Position numbers and translations under genes: made by a program. The notes under the pieces were generated by a model. The model was not told the origin of the DNA. It searched no databases and saw only the letters and a program-made list of their open reading frames with translations. Shown piece after piece: positions 9,708 through 19,468 of a DNA stretch of 64,000 bases (position 1 is the stretch's first letter; the number at the start of each line of letters is the position of its first letter). The stretch spans positions 576,001-640,000 of the forward strand of contig CBDDCX010000006.1 of NCBI GenBank assembly GCA_965226375.1. Direction: 5' to 3'. The DNA comes from Longimicrobiales bacterium (GTDB lineage: Bacteria > Gemmatimonadota > Gemmatimonadetes > Longimicrobiales > Gaopeijiaceae).

Positions 9708-11015
9708 TCAGCCCACCGAAGCACTCTGTTTCGGGATCTCGACCTCGAACGTCTCCGGATCCACCATGGGCTGCCACACCTGGATGACCGGGAACGTGGA
9801 CAGGAACCACCGCACCGCATAGAGGAAAAGTCCCAGAAACATGAGGGTGACGAGGAATTCGGTCGCCCCGATGGTGGGCGTGTCGTGGTCCCGGATAGAC
9901 GGCGCCACCATGAGATGCTTCTCGAGCCAGAGACCAGCGAAGATCAGGAAGGTGACCGTGCGCAAGAACATGGGGTTCATCTTGGCCTTCCGCCCCATGA
10001 GCAGGGCAAAGGGCAGCACGAAGCACATCACGATCACCATGAGAGACAACTTGCCCCAGGGCTCCTCGGCCCGGTGAATGATCCAGGCTTGCTCCCAGGG
10101 CAGCTTTCCATACCAGATCACCAGATATTGGGCGAAGAACAGATAGGCCCAGAACACGCAGAAGGCGAAGGTCAGCTTACCCAGATCGTGGAGCTGCTGA
10201 CGCCCCATGGACTTGTCGAAATAATCGTCCCGCTTCTTGAGAAGGGTCACTGAACAGGCGGTTGCCGCAATGCCACTCCAGAACGCCCCCATGAAAAACC
10301 AGGGGCCCATCATGGTGGAGAACCAATGAGGCTCCAGTGACATGACCCAATCGTACGCCAGGATACTCATCACCACGGCGTATAGAATTACGAACACGGG
10401 TCCCAGCCGGGTCATGCGCCGATAGGCATGGACTTCCTCGGTCTCCTGGCCTCTCCACCCCTGGGTGAGACGCTCCTGCCAGACCGCCCGCGCGGCATCC
10501 TTGTCATCTTCGTCCTTCGCCAATCCCATATCGGGACGGAGCGCCATGTATGCGAAGTAAAGTGAGGTACCGAACAGGACCAGCACGCCCACAACGTTCC
10601 GAGTCACCAGGAACGGCATGTTGAGATATGCCGCCTTCTTCTGGAGGATAGGGTCGTGTGCCATCTCGGCGACCCAGGGGAAGAACGACTCACCGAGGCC
10701 CAACATGGGCAGAAGCATGACGAAGGAGATGGGAAGGAACGCCACGAAGGACAGGCTCACCCTACGCACCGACCAATTCCACTTCGACTTCGTGATCCAG
10801 GTCGCCACGGTGAGGAGCATCGCACCCATGGCCACGTTGGTGAAGAACAGCCAATTCGAGACATAGGACTGCCAGGCACGGTCCGCATCGTTGCTCAGAG
10901 CGAAGACAAAACCCGCCAGCCCCACCAAGAACATGCCCACGAAGATCATGTTCGCGTTCTTGGAACGAGGCAGATAGCGGATCGGAATCTCGACGGGAAC
11001 GTGAATGTGGCTCAT
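9708..11015 (-). CDS. actF: Alternative complex III membrane subunit ActF
   Basis: Polytopic; YDWVMSLEPHWFSTM, HDLGKLTFAFCVFWAYLFFAQYLVIWYG; last gene of the act operon. Confidence 0.9.
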   Translation of the reverse strand: MSHIHVPVEIPIRYLPRSKNANMIFVGMFLVGLAGFVFALSNDADRAWQSYVSNWLFFTNVAMGAMLLTVATWITKSKWNWSVRRVSLSFVAFLPISFVMLLPMLGLGESFFPWVAEMAHDPILQKKAAYLNMPFLVTRNVVGVLVLFGTSLYFAYMALRPDMGLAKDEDDKDAARAVWQERLTQGWRGQETEEVHAYRRMTRLGPVFVILYAVVMSILAYDWVMSLEPHWFSTMMGPWFFMGAFWSGIAATACSVTLLKKRDDYFDKSMGRQQLHDLGKLTFAFCVFWAYLFFAQYLVIWYGKLPWEQAWIIHRAEEPWGKLSLMVIVMCFVLPFALLMGRKAKMNPMFLRTVTFLIFAGLWLEKHLMVAPSIRDHDTPTIGATEFLVTLMFLGLFLYAVRWFLSTFPVIQVWQPMVDPETFEVEIPKQSASVG

Positions 11016-11629
11016 CGATCCTCCCCCACCGCCGGCTCATTCCCGGCCTGACGCTGCAGCACACGGACATAGTTCACGATGTTCCAACGATCGAAGTGGC
11101 TGACCTGGTGGCCGTACGGCGGCATCAGGCCGCGACCCACTCGCATGATCCCGTATATGTAGCCGTCGCTATACCCTGCAACCACCGGGCCCGACAGGTT
11201 GTACGCGATCAAAAGCGGGTACTTCTCGATGATATTGGCCTGTGCACCCACCCCGGCGGGACCATGGCACACGGCGCACATGCGATTGAATAACACCTCA
11301 CCGCGCGCCAACGAAGCCTCGTCGGCCGCGACCGGATTCGGCAGCGTCTGCACCAGGGGCTGGAAAAGATCCGCCTGGGTGAAGGGAGGTGCGTTGAATC
11401 CCCTCTCGGGCTGTCCCGTGTTCAAACGGCCCGGTCCGGGAGTAATGTTGCCCGCAGCGAACGGCACGCTGTTCGGCGGGGGATCAAGCGTGTTCTCGTA
11501 GGGGTCGAACGACCGCGAGTCACGCATGTGGCGACCGAAGATGCCCGCCATGACGTTGTCGAGGGGCGTGCAGGCGCTCGACGTAATGAGCAGAGCAAGG
11601 ACGGCTCCGAAGCGCGCGTTACGAAGCAT
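11012..11629 (-). CDS. actE: Alternative complex III monoheme cytochrome c lipoprotein ActE
   Basis: Lipobox-like LLITSSAC; CAVCH; MPPYG; RWNIVNYVR. Confidence 0.9.
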   Translation of the reverse strand: MLRNARFGAVLALLITSSACTPLDNVMAGIFGRHMRDSRSFDPYENTLDPPPNSVPFAAGNITPGPGRLNTGQPERGFNAPPFTQADLFQPLVQTLPNPVAADEASLARGEVLFNRMCAVCHGPAGVGAQANIIEKYPLLIAYNLSGPVVAGYSDGYIYGIMRVGRGLMPPYGHQVSHFDRWNIVNYVRVLQRQAGNEPAVGEDR

Positions 11630-12149
11630 GAGCCACTCCCGCGGGATCTTCCCGCAATTCGACAGGATCCTGCCCCTGCAGAATGCCGCGCGCCTCATCC
11701 AGTCGGTCTGGAGGGGCCGTCACGTACACCCCGAAGCGGCCTGCACTGAACTCCGGATCGTAGACCACCATGGGTTTCAAGTACGGAAGACGACTGTTGA
11801 TGAAGAGACCGATCACCGTCGAGAGTACTCCAAACAAGACCATCATCTCGAACGCAATGATCACGTATGCCGGTATGGAAAGGATCGGCTTGCCGCCGGT
11901 GACGAGAGGCCAGTCCATGGAGGTGAATGACGTGAAGGCGAAGCCTCCAGCCGCTCCGCAGAGTCCCCCGGCGAGCGTCCAGACCCTAACGGGGCTCTGG
12001 TCATAGCCCAAGGCGGCCTCGATATGGTGATCCGGATAAGGCATGTAAGCCGTGATCTTCTTGAGCCCCGTGGCCCGCAGTTTCTCGATGGCGTTCACTG
12101 CCGAATCCACGTACTCGTACGACGCCAGGATCCCCGTCGTGGCGCTCAT
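11619..12149 (-). CDS. actD: Alternative complex III subunit ActD (DUF3341)
   Basis: MDWPLVTGGKPILSIPAYVIIAFEMMVLFG, YDPEFS. Confidence 0.9.
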   Translation of the reverse strand: MSATTGILASYEYVDSAVNAIEKLRATGLKKITAYMPYPDHHIEAALGYDQSPVRVWTLAGGLCGAAGGFAFTSFTSMDWPLVTGGKPILSIPAYVIIAFEMMVLFGVLSTVIGLFINSRLPYLKPMVVYDPEFSAGRFGVYVTAPPDRLDEARGILQGQDPVELREDPAGVAHAS

Positions 12150-13537
12150 CCCTCACCTCCTTCCCCACCGGCGTGGGCAAGCGCGGCTGAACGCATTGGC
12201 GTAGGCAGCACCTCTTTCAACTCTGCGATGGCTACCACTGGCAGCAACCGCGTAAAGAGCAGGAACCAGAAGCCGAACCAGGCAAAGCTCCCCACCATGA
12301 TCCCCATCTCTACCACCGAAGGCCGGTACAGGCCCCATGCGAAGGGCTCGTACTCGTGGTGTAGCGAGGTGACGATGATCACGTAGCGTTCGAACCACAT
12401 TCCGATGTTGACGAAAATCGAGATCGTGAACAGGGCGGGTATGGAGTACCTCACCCGCTTGAACCAGAGCATGATCGGGACCAGTCCGTTACAAACCAGC
12501 ATGGTCCAGCTGGCCCACCAGTAGGGACCGAAGAGTCTGGCCCAGAAGGCGGCCCGCTCCACTTCCTCACCGCTGTACCACGCCATGAAGAACTCGGACG
12601 CGTAGGCGTAGAACACGATCATCGACGTCAGCAAGCAGAGCTTGGCCATGGCGTCGTAGTGTTTGGTCGTGAGGTACGCCTCGAGGCCAAACACCTTCCG
12701 GAGAGGGACAGTCAGGGTGATCACCATGGCGACGCCGGAGAAAATAGCGCCGGCCACGAAGTAGGGAGCGAAGATGGTGGTGTGCCACCCAGGCACGATC
12801 GCCACTGCAAAGTCCCACGAAACCACTGAGTGGACGGACAGGACCAGCGGTGTCGCCAAGGCGGCCAGAAAGATGTACGCCTTGCCGAAATGGTGCCATT
12901 CGCGGTCGGTACCACGCCATCCCAAAGAAATGACCTTGTAGAGCTTCTTCCTGAAGCCCGTTGCCGCGTCTCGGGCGGCGGCCAGGTCGGGAATCGTCCC
13001 CAGGTAGAAGAACATCGCCGACACCGTGAAATACGTGGTAACGGCAAAGACATCCCATACCAGGGGTGAACGGAAGTTCGGCCACAGGAACCGGCTGTTC
13101 GGATACGGAATCAGCCAGTAGGCATGCCAGACGCGTCCTACGTGGATGAGCGGAAACAGCCCCGCGGTCATGACCGCGAACACCGTCATGGCCTCGGCTG
13201 CCCGGTATATCGACTGCCGCCAAGGCGCCCGGAACAGGAACAGGATGGCCGAGATCAGAGTGCCCGAGTGGGCGATACCCACCCAAAACACGAAAGTGGT
13301 GATGTAGACTCCCCAGCCCACGGGACTGGTGAGGCCGGTGACGCCAATGCCCTGCACTATCTGAATGCTCCAGGAGACCGCCGCCACACCAATCCCTGTC
13401 ACCGCTATCCCGAGGAGTAGCCACCAGCCGAGACCCGGCTTACCGAGCGATACGAGGATGTCGCGATTGACCTGATCGAGCTTCTGCAGATCCGGGTGGG
13501 GTACCGCGCCCCTAGGCTCGTTGGTCGCGGTAGCCAT
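12146..13537 (-). CDS. actC: Alternative complex III NrfD/PsrC-family subunit ActC
   Basis: FVFWVGIAHSGTLISAIL, HVGRVW, PNFRSPLVWDVFAV, VHSVVSWDFA, GMWFERY. Confidence 0.95.
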   Translation of the reverse strand: MATATNEPRGAVPHPDLQKLDQVNRDILVSLGKPGLGWWLLLGIAVTGIGVAAVSWSIQIVQGIGVTGLTSPVGWGVYITTFVFWVGIAHSGTLISAILFLFRAPWRQSIYRAAEAMTVFAVMTAGLFPLIHVGRVWHAYWLIPYPNSRFLWPNFRSPLVWDVFAVTTYFTVSAMFFYLGTIPDLAAARDAATGFRKKLYKVISLGWRGTDREWHHFGKAYIFLAALATPLVLSVHSVVSWDFAVAIVPGWHTTIFAPYFVAGAIFSGVAMVITLTVPLRKVFGLEAYLTTKHYDAMAKLCLLTSMIVFYAYASEFFMAWYSGEEVERAAFWARLFGPYWWASWTMLVCNGLVPIMLWFKRVRYSIPALFTISIFVNIGMWFERYVIIVTSLHHEYEPFAWGLYRPSVVEMGIMVGSFAWFGFWFLLFTRLLPVVAIAELKEVLPTPMRSAALAHAGGEGGEG

Positions 13538-16500
13538 CAATGCTCCCCCGATTCCACGTCGTGGAACGTCACTTTTTTCAAGTAACTCACCGCTGGTTGC
13601 GTATTGACGAGCTCGTCCAGCACTCGGTAGACCCTCTCACTCCGGACCGACTGGGCCACCCGGGAGCGGGTGTCTCGGATGTTGCCGAAGACGATGGCCT
13701 CCGCCGGACAGCTCTGCTGACAGGCCGGCACGATCTCGCCGTCCTGTATCGTGCTTCCCTCGACGGCGGCGCGGTCCTGAGCGCCACGGATCCGATGGAT
13801 GCAGAACGAGCATTTCTCCATGATCCCGTTCTCGCGCACCGTCACATCGGGGTTGAAAGCCCAGTTCATGGGTTCGGGAGCGTGCCCCAGGCCCTCACGT
13901 ACCGGTTCTTCGTCCGTGAACGTGTACCAGTTGTAGACCCGGACCTTGTAGGGACAGTTGTTCAGGCAGTACCGCGTACCCACGCAGCGATTGTAGACCT
14001 GCGTATTGATCCCGTCCGGTGTGTGATAGGTGGCGAAAACCGGGCAGACGGGCTCGCAGGGCGCGTTGCCGCAGTGCTGGCAGATCATGGGCATGAAGCG
14101 CACGTCGAGCGGGCCGGCATGGCTCGCGTCCACCGCCTCGTAGTAGCGCTCCAGGCGAATCCACCCCATGTCGCGACCCATCGTCACCTGGCTCTCTCCG
14201 ACCCAGGCCACATTGTTCTCCGACTGACAGGCGACAACACACGCGCTGCACCCCGTGCACTTGTCGAGGTCGATGGTCATGGCCCACCGCGGCGTCTCGG
14301 GATCCCCGTACTCGCCGTGCTGGGCGCCTTCGAGCGGGAAGTCCTCGGGGCGGCCCTCCGTCTCGACCGGCACGAAGCCTCCGACGCCCTGAAGCTCACT
14401 CAGGGGCCCATGCGCGTCTTCCTCGTCAGCGCCCTCGGCCTCGCCCGTCAGCCCGGCCAAAGCCACGGCGGGGGTGATGGGACGGTTGCTCTGGACGTCC
14501 GAACCCGCGATGGAGGCCAGCTTCCGACGCTCACCCGTGGGCGTCACAGTGACCTTGGTGGCGAAATGAACCAAACCGCCCGACAGTGCCTCGGATTCGG
14601 CCGGCAGCAGATCGAGGGGATTCACACCGTTTCCGTCCGAGAAACGTCCCGCACCGTCGTGTCCACCACCCATGGGCATGGCGACCACGTTCTCGCGGAT
14701 GCCCGGGTAGGTCCACACCGGCACCTCTACGGCGCCGTGGTCGGTCGACAGAACCACCAAGTCTCCGTTTCGCAGCCCCATCGATTCCGCCCGGTCCGGA
14801 TGCATCTCCACCCATGAATGCCACGCGATCTTGCTGACAGGATCCGGCAACTCGTGCAGCCAGGGCCTGTTGGAATTCAGGGCGCCGTCACCGAAGCGCG
14901 ACGACGGGTACACCATGAGGTGAAGATCGCCACCGCCATCGAAGTCGGGTGGGTCGAAGACCAACGCCCGATCCGGCTGGCGAAGTTGTTCCGACACGCC
15001 CGTTACATTCGCGCTGAGGTCCACCACACCGGTCTTGAGCGCCTCATGCCAAAACGTCTCGAAGTCGGTCGTACCGGTCGAGGCGGCTACCGTTTGCCAG
15101 CGCGAACGGAGTCGGTCGTAGAAGGTCTCAGATCCGAGGTCCTGTCCCATCCGGGACGCGACCGACAAGAGCACATCGCCGGCCTGTTTGGTATCGAAGT
15201 GGGGCACCGGCTGCATGGCGGGCTGCTGTAGGCCCCACAGGCCCGGCCGGACGGCGGAGTCACCCCAAGACTCCAGGAAGTGCCGGTCCGGGAGAATCAG
15301 GTCCGCCAGGGCGGTAGTCTCGTCCGGGGCCAACGCGAAGGAGACCTTGAACGGCACGCTCTCGAAGGCCTCACGGAGCCCTGAAGACGCGGGTACCGAG
15401 TAGATCGGATTGCTGGCATGGACCATCAGGGCTCCGACAGAGCCCTGCCCGATCAGCTGAATCACCCGCTCTACCCCACCATACCCGAATGCGGGAGCGT
15501 TGAGCTGGGGCGAGTGGTAGTGCAGGGTCCGACCCACATTCCCCGCCACCGAGTTCAGGACCGCCACCGCGAGGTTGGCAGCCGTGGCATTCCGGTGCTG
15601 TCCGGCAACGCCGGGACCGACGGCCAGGCTGGGTCCCTCTTCCGAAAAGCGAATGGCCAACTCGCGGATGCTCTCGGCAGAGATGCCGGTGGCGTCCGCC
15701 ACGTTCTCGGGGGTATAGGCGTTGACGATATCCCGGTAGGGGCCAGCTCCCGCGCCGGCGCCCGAGATCACGTTGGTCATGGCGAGAGCAACCAAGGCCT
15801 CGCTGCCCGGTTGGATCGGGAGCCACTCGTCGGCATTCTGCCCCGTTAGCGAAAGGCGTGACCCGACGAACACGAAGCGACCCTTGCCGCCCTGCGTGTC
15901 GACGCCGCTCATGCGTGCGAACCCTCGGGCATCGCGCACCGGCGAGACCCAACTCTCGAGGAAGTCGGCCCCGAACGAGACGAGCAGGCGGGCCTCCTCG
16001 ATGTCGTACCACGGGATCACGTTCCTCCCGAAGGCGATGCGGCCCGCCTCCCGGAGGGGCGCGTCGGCCAGGGGGTCGAAGCGGACCACACCTCCACCCG
16101 TGGACCCGGCGAACTCCTCGAAGAGCGTCATGAGCGACGGTCCGGTGAGGCCCGTCAGCGTGAGGTGCTGCCCGGCCGACCCAAGACCATCGGCCAGCCT
16201 CTGCTCGGCCTCGTCCCACGAGATGGGTTGCAGCTGACCGTTTTGCCGAACCATGGGCCCGGTGAAGCGGTCGGGGTTGTAGAGTCCCTGTATGCTCGAG
16301 TGTCCTCTCGCGCAAAGGGCTCCGCCCGAGACGGGGTGGTCGGGATTCCCCTCGACCTTCACGACTCGGCCCTCTCTGGTGCGGACCCAGATTCCGCAGC
16401 CCGCCTCACATTCGCCACACACCGAAGCGTACCAGGTGGCAACGCCGGGAGTGATCTCCTCTGGCGGCACCACGTACGGAATCAGGCGCTCGACACTCTC

Positions 16501-16584
16501 CGTCGAGCAGCCCACCATACCGGCCCCCGCTCCGCTGACGCTCAGAACCTTGAGGAACTCGCGTCTCTTCAATCCGTCACTCAT
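13537..16584 (-). CDS. actB: Alternative complex III ActB (molybdopterin-oxidoreductase-like domain fused to Fe-S domain), Tat lipoprotein
   Basis: KRREFLK Tat motif followed by VGC; N-terminal CGECEAGC...LCARG; C-terminal CTGCSACVVAC, CQHCGNAPCEPVCP, CVGTRYCLNNCP, CSFC...ACQQSCP. Confidence 0.93.
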   Translation of the reverse strand: MSDGLKRREFLKVLSVSGAGAGMVGCSTESVERLIPYVVPPEEITPGVATWYASVCGECEAGCGIWVRTREGRVVKVEGNPDHPVSGGALCARGHSSIQGLYNPDRFTGPMVRQNGQLQPISWDEAEQRLADGLGSAGQHLTLTGLTGPSLMTLFEEFAGSTGGGVVRFDPLADAPLREAGRIAFGRNVIPWYDIEEARLLVSFGADFLESWVSPVRDARGFARMSGVDTQGGKGRFVFVGSRLSLTGQNADEWLPIQPGSEALVALAMTNVISGAGAGAGPYRDIVNAYTPENVADATGISAESIRELAIRFSEEGPSLAVGPGVAGQHRNATAANLAVAVLNSVAGNVGRTLHYHSPQLNAPAFGYGGVERVIQLIGQGSVGALMVHASNPIYSVPASSGLREAFESVPFKVSFALAPDETTALADLILPDRHFLESWGDSAVRPGLWGLQQPAMQPVPHFDTKQAGDVLLSVASRMGQDLGSETFYDRLRSRWQTVAASTGTTDFETFWHEALKTGVVDLSANVTGVSEQLRQPDRALVFDPPDFDGGGDLHLMVYPSSRFGDGALNSNRPWLHELPDPVSKIAWHSWVEMHPDRAESMGLRNGDLVVLSTDHGAVEVPVWTYPGIRENVVAMPMGGGHDGAGRFSDGNGVNPLDLLPAESEALSGGLVHFATKVTVTPTGERRKLASIAGSDVQSNRPITPAVALAGLTGEAEGADEEDAHGPLSELQGVGGFVPVETEGRPEDFPLEGAQHGEYGDPETPRWAMTIDLDKCTGCSACVVACQSENNVAWVGESQVTMGRDMGWIRLERYYEAVDASHAGPLDVRFMPMICQHCGNAPCEPVCPVFATYHTPDGINTQVYNRCVGTRYCLNNCPYKVRVYNWYTFTDEEPVREGLGHAPEPMNWAFNPDVTVRENGIMEKCSFCIHRIRGAQDRAAVEGSTIQDGEIVPACQQSCPAEAIVFGNIRDTRSRVAQSVRSERVYRVLDELVNTQPAVSYLKKVTFHDVESGEH

Positions 16585-16600
16585 CGACTTGGTCCTGGCA

Positions 16601-17152
16601 TCAGTAGTGGCAAACGGAGCAGTCCCTCGAAACGCCGCGCTCGACGTGGCAGGTCACGCACCATCCCATGGCAAGCGGCTGATTGACCTCCTCTAGGACA
16701 CCCATCTCTTGCACCGGCCCATGGCATTCGGCGCAATCGACTTCAGCGGCGACATGCCTCATGTGCGGGAAGTGGACGTGATCGGCAACCTTATATATGC
16801 GAACCCATGGAATGGGCTCCTGGTTGGTCCAGTATTCGCGAACCTTCGCGATTTCAGCCTGCTGCCGCTCGTCGGTTCCACCGATGATCTGATGACACCC
16901 TATGCAGGTTCTGACGGGCGGAATCCCCGCGTCCACCGATCGTTCCGCCGAGAAGTGGCAATACTGGCAGTCGATCCGGTCTATTCCGGCATGAATGTCA
17001 TGAGGAAAAGCGATCGGCTGAACGACGTCGGCGGTCGCCCCGCTTGTCGCGTCAGACTCCGGCGCCGCACTGCTGTCCTGGGTCTGGACGAACGCCAAAG
17101 TACCCAGGGTTGCGAGCGCGACGATCGATGCAGCGATCCATCGCTTCGTCAT
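16601..17152 (-). CDS. actA: Alternative complex III pentaheme cytochrome c ActA
   Basis: Five CxxCH motifs (CQYCH, CIGCH, CAECH, CVTCH, CSVCH); QPIAFPHDIH; MGWC; ends CHY. Confidence 0.95.
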   Translation of the reverse strand: MTKRWIAASIVALATLGTLAFVQTQDSSAAPESDATSGATADVVQPIAFPHDIHAGIDRIDCQYCHFSAERSVDAGIPPVRTCIGCHQIIGGTDERQQAEIAKVREYWTNQEPIPWVRIYKVADHVHFPHMRHVAAEVDCAECHGPVQEMGVLEEVNQPLAMGWCVTCHVERGVSRDCSVCHY

Positions 17153-17214
17153 AGGCCCTGCCGCCCGGAGAAGGTGGTGGGTGGGAGCAAGAGTTGTCTG
17201 TTTGAAACGGCAGG

Positions 17215-17243
17215 AACCTACCGGAGCCTCAGGGTGGTGTCAA
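17215..17243 (-). promoter_or_regulatory. Putative sigma70 promoter of the act operon
   Basis: Minus strand TTGACA-N17-TAGGTT, about 60 nt upstream of actA. Confidence 0.6.
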
Positions 17244-17340
17244 CGCTGTACCAGCCGCCAAAAAGAACCTTTTTCTCCGCGTGAGTGTTATACTTTTTCC
17301 TTCTAGAAAAGGCCTCGGAGAACCCGGACCGGAGTAGGAT

Positions 17341-18315
17341 TTGACCGATACGACAACCATCACCGACGTGCTACCGACCGTAGAGCTGCTCGAGCGTCTG
17401 ATCAGCGAGGTCGAGAAGGTCTTTCATGGCAAGGAAGAGGTCGTCCGTCTCGCCGTGTCGGCCCTGCTGGCGCGAGGCCACATCCTCTTCGAGGACGTCC
17501 CGGGGGTCGGCAAGACGACGCTAGCCCATGCACTCGCCACGGCGCTCGGTCTCTCCTTTCGCCGTATCCAGTTCACGAGCGATCTTCTGCCTTCGGATGT
17601 GTTGGGTGTCTCGATCTACAATCCGCGCACTTCGGAATTCGAGACGAGACCTGGACCCATCTTTATCAATCTGGTTCTGGCGGACGAGATCAACCGGGCA
17701 CCACCCCGTACCCAGAGTGGCCTCCTTCAGGCCATGGAAGAGGGCCAGGTGAGCTTGGACGACAAGACTCACGAGCTTCCGCTGCCCTTCATGGTGATGG
17801 CCACGCAGAACCCCCTCGAGCATCACGGTACCTATCCGCTCCCCGAGAGCCAGGTCGATCGCTTTCTCATGCGCATCACCATCGGCTACCCGGGAGAGGC
17901 CGCAGAGCGTCGCATTCTCGAAGAATCTGCCGACGAGGGAAGTTGGGAAACCCGCATCAAATCGGTCCTCACACCCGCACAGGTGCTCACGCTCCAGAAC
18001 CAGGTTTCGGATGTTCGGACCGACGAGTCCCTCATGAGCTACCTGATGGAGATCGTTCGTCGCACCCGTGTTGAACCGCGTCTTCGCATGGGCGTCAGCC
18101 CACGAGGGGCAATCGGCCTCTACAGGGCGGCGAGGGCCTACGCGCTGCTCAGTGGCCGGGATTTCCTGGTGCCGAGTGACATCCAACACCTCGCGGGGCC
18201 TTGTCTGGCCCATCGGATCCTTCCCATCGGGGCGGCGGCGGCCACTCACGAAGCTCACGAAGAAGCCGGCGCGATCGTGGACGAGATCCTCGAGGACGTA
18301 GCGGTCCCGGTGTAG
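17341..18315 (+). CDS. moxR: MoxR-family AAA+ ATPase
   Basis: EDVPGVGKTT, RIQFTSDLLPSD, LADEINRAPPRTQS, GTYPLPESQVDRF. Confidence 0.93.
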   Translation: MTDTTTITDVLPTVELLERLISEVEKVFHGKEEVVRLAVSALLARGHILFEDVPGVGKTTLAHALATALGLSFRRIQFTSDLLPSDVLGVSIYNPRTSEFETRPGPIFINLVLADEINRAPPRTQSGLLQAMEEGQVSLDDKTHELPLPFMVMATQNPLEHHGTYPLPESQVDRFLMRITIGYPGEAAERRILEESADEGSWETRIKSVLTPAQVLTLQNQVSDVRTDESLMSYLMEIVRRTRVEPRLRMGVSPRGAIGLYRAARAYALLSGRDFLVPSDIQHLAGPCLAHRILPIGAAAATHEAHEEAGAIVDEILEDVAVPV

Positions 18316-18334
18316 CCCGGCCGAGCCCCGACGG

Positions 18335-19468
18335 ATGAACTTACTCGAGGCTGTGGCCGCCGCTCCCACGATCTTGCGGGACACCTGGCGGCGACTGCGC
18401 TCGTGGCGTCGAATCCGCTTCACTACCGGTGGGGCGGTCTTCACGGCTGGAGCCTTTGCCATCGGCTTTGCGGCGGTCAACACCGGTAACAACCTGCTCT
18501 TCCTTCTCCTCGGAGCCATGCTGGGCTTCATCGCTCTGTCGGGCTGGGTCTCGGAGCAAACGCTCCGCGGCCTGGAGTTGACGAGACGGACGCCGCAGGG
18601 GGTCACGGTAGGGAAGACGATTCGCATCACGTACCACGTGACGAATCGCAAACGCCGGTTCCCCACTCTCGCGGTGTTTCTTCTCGAAGATGGGTTGGCC
18701 GGAGCCGCGTTCATCGGCCGGCTCAACGCCCACGAATCGGTCACCGTCCGGTCCGAGAACCACTTTATCAAGAGAGGGGTCTACCCACTCCACGCGCTGA
18801 CACTTTCCACCGCATTCCCGTTCGGACTCTTCACGAAGGAACGTGACGTTCCGCTGCCCGGCGAATTGGTGATATGGCCCAGGGCGGATCGCCCTGTATC
18901 CCTACCCGCACCCCCGGGAGGGAAAAGCATGCCTCGATATTCAGACGCGAGCGGCATAACGCTCGGCGCCCGTGGGGAGTTTCGGGGCCTGCGGGAGTAC
19001 CGGGCCGGGGACGACCCGCGTGATATCCATTGGCGGTCCACAGCGCGGACGGGCGAGCCGGTGGTGAAGGAGTACGATCAGGACTCGGCTGAGACCGTCT
19101 GGATTTGCCTCGACACCCGCGATGAACCGGGTGACCGTGCAGAAGGGGCGGTGGAGACGGCCGCATCACTGGCGGCTCGTGCCTTCCAGGACGGAAGGCG
19201 ATTCGCCCTGGCCACACCGTCCGGCCACGTGGGACCCGGTACGGGCTCAGGGCAACTCGAGCGTGTACTCGATGTGCTCGCCCGAGTGGATTTTCATCAG
19301 TCCGGCCCCCGACTGTCTCCCCCCACCGATCCCGCTAGTTGTGTTCTCGTGTCCATTTCGGGATCGGGACGCGCCTCATACGGTGCATACGTGCCTTCCG
19401 GCACGTGGTCAGACGATGCCCCGGAGCCGAATGCGGAGCCCACCGGGCGCGGGGTGCGTGCCGGATGA
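18335..19468 (+). CDS. DUF58 domain protein
   Basis: TGNNLLFLL, FPFGLF, LREYRAGDDPRDIHWRSTAR; standard MoxR partner. Confidence 0.9.
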   Translation: MNLLEAVAAAPTILRDTWRRLRSWRRIRFTTGGAVFTAGAFAIGFAAVNTGNNLLFLLLGAMLGFIALSGWVSEQTLRGLELTRRTPQGVTVGKTIRITYHVTNRKRRFPTLAVFLLEDGLAGAAFIGRLNAHESVTVRSENHFIKRGVYPLHALTLSTAFPFGLFTKERDVPLPGELVIWPRADRPVSLPAPPGGKSMPRYSDASGITLGARGEFRGLREYRAGDDPRDIHWRSTARTGEPVVKEYDQDSAETVWICLDTRDEPGDRAEGAVETAASLAARAFQDGRRFALATPSGHVGPGTGSGQLERVLDVLARVDFHQSGPRLSPPTDPASCVLVSISGSGRASYGAYVPSGTWSDDAPEPNAEPTGRGVRAG

